A stretch of DNA of 64,000 bases from Blepharisma stoltei ATCC 30299 (taxonomy: Eukaryota > Protista > Ciliophora), in the NCBI GenBank assembly GCA_965603825.1, contig CBFDEM010000018.1, forward strand, positions 992,001 through 1,056,000, in the 5' to 3' direction. The translations under genes were made by a program, and so were the position numbers. Positions 59,340 to 64,000 of this stretch are shown piece after piece. Within the stretch, counting starts at the first letter, position 1. The number at the start of each line of letters is the position of its first letter. Below the pieces are notes generated by a model that had not been told where the DNA came from, made no database searches, and saw nothing but the letters and a program-made list of their open reading frames with translations.

Positions 59340-60485
59340 ATGTCACATCTCCCAACAGTACAGACCATTGAAGATTCAAAAGAAGACCAAAATTTAAAAG
59401 CAACTGTAAAAGAATCCGCAACAACCTACGAGCTCATGATAAATCAAATTTATAGCCTAGAGGAGAGCTTACTCTTCACAGATGATCGTAAAGAGATCTG
59501 TGATGCTTTGAACAAGCACCTCATAGATCTGTACATAAATCAAGGTTTGCAGTATTCCTTGATCCCATTTGACTCTATAAGCGTCAAAAAACTTTACTCA
59601 GGGATTTTTGTATTTGACCTTCCTCCTATTGCAATTCCTATAAAAGATAAATTAAAATCTTACCAAGCTTTTGTTAGCAAATCAATAAGTATCAATTTAA
59701 TAAAGCTTGTAAGAAACGCAAGAAAGCCTCTTCCTCAGCATTTAAAAATAAGACAAGACATTCAATTTGTAGAGACAAATATTTCATTCAGAGCAAGGCA
59801 AAGTGATAGATATCAAACAATGCCAGTCGCCACTATGATGGATGATTCAATGGTTTTCATGAAGCCCCTAACAACTAAATATAAAGTTGAAGGGGTTCCT
59901 TTTGAAGGGTTTATTTATTGCCATTTGCAGCATCCAAATATCATCAGATGTTATGGGTATACTAAGCATAATGATCGCACATGCTTAGTTTTGCAGCACG
60001 TTTCAACCCTTCTTGAAACTTATGTAAGAGATAATAATTTGAGCCTCCAAAGACGCTTGAACCTTATCATTGAAATTGGGCATGGCTTGTCCTTTATGCA
60101 TATGAAAAGTGTGGTGCTTATGAATGTCTCGCCATGGAGCATTTTTGTTGACTCAAACTACAGGCCGATTATTGTGGATCTCGAAAATGCTGTTTGTTTA
60201 GGGATGAAGTATCCTGAGCTGTTATGCTATAAAGAAGAAGATTATGCTTCCCCAGAAGCATTAGATGGAAAAAGAGATTATAGCTGCGATGTCTACTCCT
60301 ATGGACTGCTATGCTATTTTATCCTCACAAAACAGCATTATGCGAAAACTAAGGATTTAGACTGCTTGGAGGAAAATTTCAGGATTGTAATTGAAATGAT
60401 GCTAAGTGAAGACCCATCTGAAAGACCTCATGCTAAGACATGCTACCAAGAGTTTGAATGCATTTATAAAGAGCTTACGCAGTAA
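59340..60485 (+). CDS. Protein kinase-like (pseudokinase)
   Basis: HPNIIRCYG, YASPE, DVYSYG, PSERP present; HRD and DFG absent. Confidence 0.8.
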   Translation: MSHLPTVQTIEDSKEDQNLKATVKESATTYELMINQIYSLEESLLFTDDRKEICDALNKHLIDLYINQGLQYSLIPFDSISVKKLYSGIFVFDLPPIAIPIKDKLKSYQAFVSKSISINLIKLVRNARKPLPQHLKIRQDIQFVETNISFRARQSDRYQTMPVATMMDDSMVFMKPLTTKYKVEGVPFEGFIYCHLQHPNIIRCYGYTKHNDRTCLVLQHVSTLLETYVRDNNLSLQRRLNLIIEIGHGLSFMHMKSVVLMNVSPWSIFVDSNYRPIIVDLENAVCLGMKYPELLCYKEEDYASPEALDGKRDYSCDVYSYGLLCYFILTKQHYAKTKDLDCLEENFRIVIEMMLSEDPSERPHAKTCYQEFECIYKELTQ

Positions 60486-60700
60486 TTAAGCATAAGTAAT
60501 TTTCATCTATGAATATTGAGTTTTTTTAAAATAAAAGAATTTATTATTTTAATAATAACAAATCTATCACGAATCAATTTTAAAGTTTTATGTATTTAAA
60601 ATTATTTTATTTTTAAATTATATTTTCTTTGCTTTAATATTTTGATTCAAGAGGATTTTTGATAAATCCTGAATTTGTTGCTAATATATATTCCAAAGAA

Positions 60701-61216
60701 ATGGAAACATTAATTTGGCTATGGAGCTTTGATAGAAGATGGATGTTTGGGATTCCCTGCACAAGAATTTACTGGTGGCTTATAGTACTTTTTCAGCTAT
60801 GCTTCCTTGCCCTTAGTTTTAACATGAGCTCAACTGGCTGTGAAGTTACGATCTGGATAAGAGGTCGATATCTAATATCCTTAGCAATAATTATTTCTGC
60901 AACTTTAACAGCCACAATTGTGAAAACAGATAAAGTGACTCAAGAAAGCAGCCTTTCTATGTCATTTCCAGGACTACTGACCCTTTTATTTGGGATTTTA
61001 AGTTTAGGATGGGCAGGATTTATCTATATGTACCCTCCCTCGAACTGTGAAGAAGACTTTACATACTTTATGAACTTAGAAACCTTGCTTTATTTCTTAA
61101 CTCTCCTCCCTATCCTTATAACTATAACTGGAATGGTTCTCATAAAGCTTATCGTTATAATTTTGGCATTGGCTTTTCCATCACTTTTCTTTGAAGCACG
61201 TATAAAATCACGATAA
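60701..61216 (+). CDS. Multi-pass membrane protein, 171 aa
   Basis: Four or five hydrophobic segments. Confidence 0.65.
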   Translation: METLIWLWSFDRRWMFGIPCTRIYWWLIVLFQLCFLALSFNMSSTGCEVTIWIRGRYLISLAIIISATLTATIVKTDKVTQESSLSMSFPGLLTLLFGILSLGWAGFIYMYPPSNCEEDFTYFMNLETLLYFLTLLPILITITGMVLIKLIVIILALAFPSLFFEARIKSR

Positions 61217-61261
61217 ATTAAAACATTATTACCATAAAACTAATTCCAATAAGAACTTTTC

Positions 61262-61642
61262 TTACTTATTGTCCAGCATATGAGACTGGCGAGTCTTGCC
61301 AACGTCATGCATGTTTTGAGCGTCCTGCCTCCAAGACCTGAGTGGGAATTCGAATATATCATAATCTAAAATGAACGCACAAAAAATAAGCCAAGCAATA
61401 AAGCGGTAAACAGAGCGCTTTGCATGGTAGTAGCCTAAATCATCATCAAGTCTCTCCATTTCAGCGACTCTTGGATAAGCGTATTTTGAGAAAGGAGGAG
61501 CAATTTCAATATAATATTGACGGAGGTTGAACATCTTGTTTAAGTTACTCCAGTTCTTTGCGAATTCAAAGTTAGTCCACTCGGCTGGATTGAGATGGGC
61601 AGTCTTGTGCCAGGTGCGTGAGCCCTTAAAGAGTCTAAACAT
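61262..61642 (-). CDS. 126-aa single-TM protein, probably mitochondrial
   Basis: Basic presequence-like N-terminus (MFRLFKGSR), one TM, GC-rich codons. Confidence 0.65.
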   Translation of the reverse strand: MFRLFKGSRTWHKTAHLNPAEWTNFEFAKNWSNLNKMFNLRQYYIEIAPPFSKYAYPRVAEMERLDDDLGYYHAKRSVYRFIAWLIFCAFILDYDIFEFPLRSWRQDAQNMHDVGKTRQSHMLDNK

Positions 61643-61759
61643 TTATTATGGCCAATAAAATTAAGGAATCTTTAATCCAATTAAACATATAAATTTATAA
61701 AGAAAGTAAAGAATTTTCTTGATGCTTTAAATAAAAAATAATTATCTATCCTAAAAACA

Positions 61760-62293
61760 ATGTTAAATATTTTTCCAAAGAGAAAGTATTTAAGCTCAGA
61801 AAATGATGAAACTCAAATGGGCTCTGCATATGTTTTAAAAAGACTGAAGACTAGGGAGCACTTTAATGTTAACCAGTATTTTCATTCTTCAACTCCTCAA
61901 AGTTTCCTTTCGCCTGATAAAAGCAGAAAATTATCGACTACTCTAGAAAGCCAACCAAAAACGGCCTGAGGGTCGTCAAGGCTACTAAAAACTATCCCTG
62001 CAGCTAAAGTCCACAGCCCAGTCAAACTGAACTGAGCCTTTGATACATGAGACTTTGTCGATGGAAGTCAACCGCCAAGGGAAAAAGGTAAAAGAAGGAA
62101 CAAAGTCATTGTGCAGCATTTAAGAGATATGCAAACTTTTCTACCTCCACCAATAATTAAAAAAAAATCAGACATCGATTTACAGCTAGATAAAATGTTA
62201 TCGACATTAGATAATAAAAGGAAAAAAACGTCATATTTGTTAAAGACAGGAAAGCAAGTGAATAGCTATTACAAGCACCACAGGATCTTTTAG
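61760..62293 (+). CDS. Hypothetical basic protein, 177 aa
   Basis: Two ORFs joined in frame through three TGA. Confidence 0.65.
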
Positions 62294-62332
62294 TATATAT
62301 TAATTGGAATTTTCATTTGATTAATTAATTAC

Positions 62333-62824
62333 TTAAGAAGATCTGACAGAAATTTCAAGTCCATTAGTCAGACAAGATCTTAAGAAGTTTATATCTAATC
62401 TTCTCAGCTGGGTTTCAAAGCCTTGGTTAGGCCATGCAACTGGTCGTCCTCGTCGTACTCTTGCTAAAGCTTCATCAAAGCTTTCGTTGTATTTAGCCAT
62501 GAAATAGGCGACCATAATAGAAGAGCTTCTAGAAATCCCAGCTGCACAGTGTACAAGGACTCTTTTTCCTCTTGTCATTTCTTGATGGATGAACTTTATA
62601 GCTCCTGGGATATGTACAGTAATATTTTCCATTGGAAGATCATCGATTCTAATTGTGTAATAATTTATATCTGGATGCTTATTTCCAATAGTTGCATCAG
62701 AAATAACTGATACGATGCTGTTAATTCCTTTAGACATCACAAGGTCTCTATTGTTTGCAGCGATTATTCCGCTGAGGAATAGCCCAGGTTCAATTTCATT
62801 CATAGCCAAAAGAAACGATGTCAT
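62333..62824 (-). CDS. Atypical dual-specificity phosphatase
   Basis: VLVHCAAGISRS, AYFM, PNQGF..QL. Confidence 0.93.
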   Translation of the reverse strand: MTSFLLAMNEIEPGLFLSGIIAANNRDLVMSKGINSIVSVISDATIGNKHPDINYYTIRIDDLPMENITVHIPGAIKFIHQEMTRGKRVLVHCAAGISRSSSIMVAYFMAKYNESFDEALARVRRGRPVAWPNQGFETQLRRLDINFLRSCLTNGLEISVRSS

Positions 62825-62933
62825 TTTATGTTTATAATTCAAATAAAAATTAGCTATTTATTAATATTAAATCAAAAAATTGACTATAATTTCAATATGA
62901 AAAATACACACTTTCCATGGATAATTCTTATAA

Positions 62934-64000
62934 ATGGAGGCTGGTCTTGCTATCTGCTGTCTCTGTGGCTCCAATATGCCCCACAACCCTTCAGGAATGT
63001 GCTTAAACTGTTTGAAATCTAGAGTCGATATCACTCAAGAAATCCAAAAAGAATGCACGGTCCATTTCTGCCGAAATTGTGGTCGCTATCTCAGACCACC
63101 ATGGATGCATATTGAGCTGGAAAGCCAAGATATGTTGCAGCTTTGCCTTAAAAAAATCAAAGGCCTCAACAAAGTCAAATTAATTGATGCAAATTTCCTT
63201 TACACAGAACCACACTCCAGGAGATTAAGGCTAAAATTAGCAGTTCAAAAAGAAGTCCATAGAGACACAACCTTAGAGCAGACCTTCCTAGTGGAATTTA
63301 TCGTCCAAAATTTGCAATGTGACGACTGCCAAAGAAGCTTTACTCCTCACACTTGGATTGCCAAAGTTCAGGCCAGACAAAGAGTTACCCATCAGAGGAC
63401 TTTTTATTATTTAGAACAATTACTATTAAAGCATGGGCTAAATAATAAAGTCACAGCTGTGAAGCAGATTGATAAAGGCTTGGATTTTGAGTTTTTCAAT
63501 AAAAGCCATGCAGGAAGGTTTATTGATTTTTTGCATAGCTATATCCCTATACAAGTAAAACAAAGCAAGTTTTTGGTGTCACATGATGCCAGCAATAACA
63601 CATATAAATATAAATATACATATTTGGCTGAAATTGCCCAAATTTGTAAGGATGATTTACTAGTGCTGCCGAAGGAGCACAACGCAGGAGGGGTTGGGCC
63701 GCTGGTGCTTTGTTATAAAGTGACGAATATCATTCATGTGATTAATCCTTATACAATGAGAAGGATGGATATTCCTAATGAAAAGTTTTGGAAGCATCCG
63801 TTCACAGCTTTTGCGTCAAGCAGCCAGTTGTCAGAGTTTATAGTTCTTGATATAGAAGAAGAAAGAAATTATGGTAAAAATACAGAATCAATGGAAGTTG
63901 AGACGACTTCAAACAGCAATATTTCTTTCAATAAATATATAAATAGAAAATTCAAACAAATTGAAGTCGAAGTTGCAAGAGCTGACCGTGTAGGTGTTCC
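62934..64000 (+). CDS. NMD3: 60S export adaptor NMD3 (3' truncated by window end)
   Basis: ICCLCG, MCLNC, FCRNC.RY, LCLKKIKGL, DANFLYTEPHSRRL. Confidence 0.95.
   Translation, partial: MEAGLAICCLCGSNMPHNPSGMCLNCLKSRVDITQEIQKECTVHFCRNCGRYLRPPWMHIELESQDMLQLCLKKIKGLNKVKLIDANFLYTEPHSRRLRLKLAVQKEVHRDTTLEQTFLVEFIVQNLQCDDCQRSFTPHTWIAKVQARQRVTHQRTFYYLEQLLLKHGLNNKVTAVKQIDKGLDFEFFNKSHAGRFIDFLHSYIPIQVKQSKFLVSHDASNNTYKYKYTYLAEIAQICKDDLLVLPKEHNAGGVGPLVLCYKVTNIIHVINPYTMRRMDIPNEKFWKHPFTAFASSSQLSEFIVLDIEEERNYGKNTESMEVETTSNSNISFNKYINRKFKQIEVEVARADRVGV

Noticed and set aside
175-62293. Fragmented ORFs read as pseudogenes or selenoproteins
   Set aside because: The TGAs align to Trp, not Cys, positions and frames are continuous
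1-64000. Telomeric arrays, transposases, IES remnants, CRISPR, rRNA/tRNA
   Set aside because: None recognisable; the long AT-rich spacers (24070-24680, 29050-29730, 54020-54630) cannot be called IESs without MAC/MIC read comparison

Overview
AT-rich, extremely gene-dense eukaryotic DNA that reads as a heterotrich ciliate macronuclear chromosome, most like Blepharisma. In-frame TGA repeatedly occupies conserved Trp positions (UGA=Trp; TAA/TAG are the stops), and introns are only 15-16 nt (GTAA...A...AG). The supplied ORF track is therefore fragmented; re-reading it gives about 48 intact genes. These include ABCE1, NMD3, PRP3, RFT1, TIM17, EFHC/RIB72, kinesin, sestrin, SLC38A9, tandem Ctr copper transporters, tandem purple acid phosphatases, an iGluR-like channel, a Kelch-BTB protein and an F-box/LRR protein. 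The most notable items are: (1) an unannotated ~470-nt GC-rich, multi-stem non-coding locus at 16.58-17.05 kb; (2) an intron-split 84-aa candidate heterotrimeric G-protein gamma subunit at 21014-21283; (3) several apparent pseudoenzymes (SEC11, PAP2, kinase, SET); (4) a mosaic tandem duplication that shows a TGA/TGG swap directly. Family calls come from recalled motifs, not database searches.
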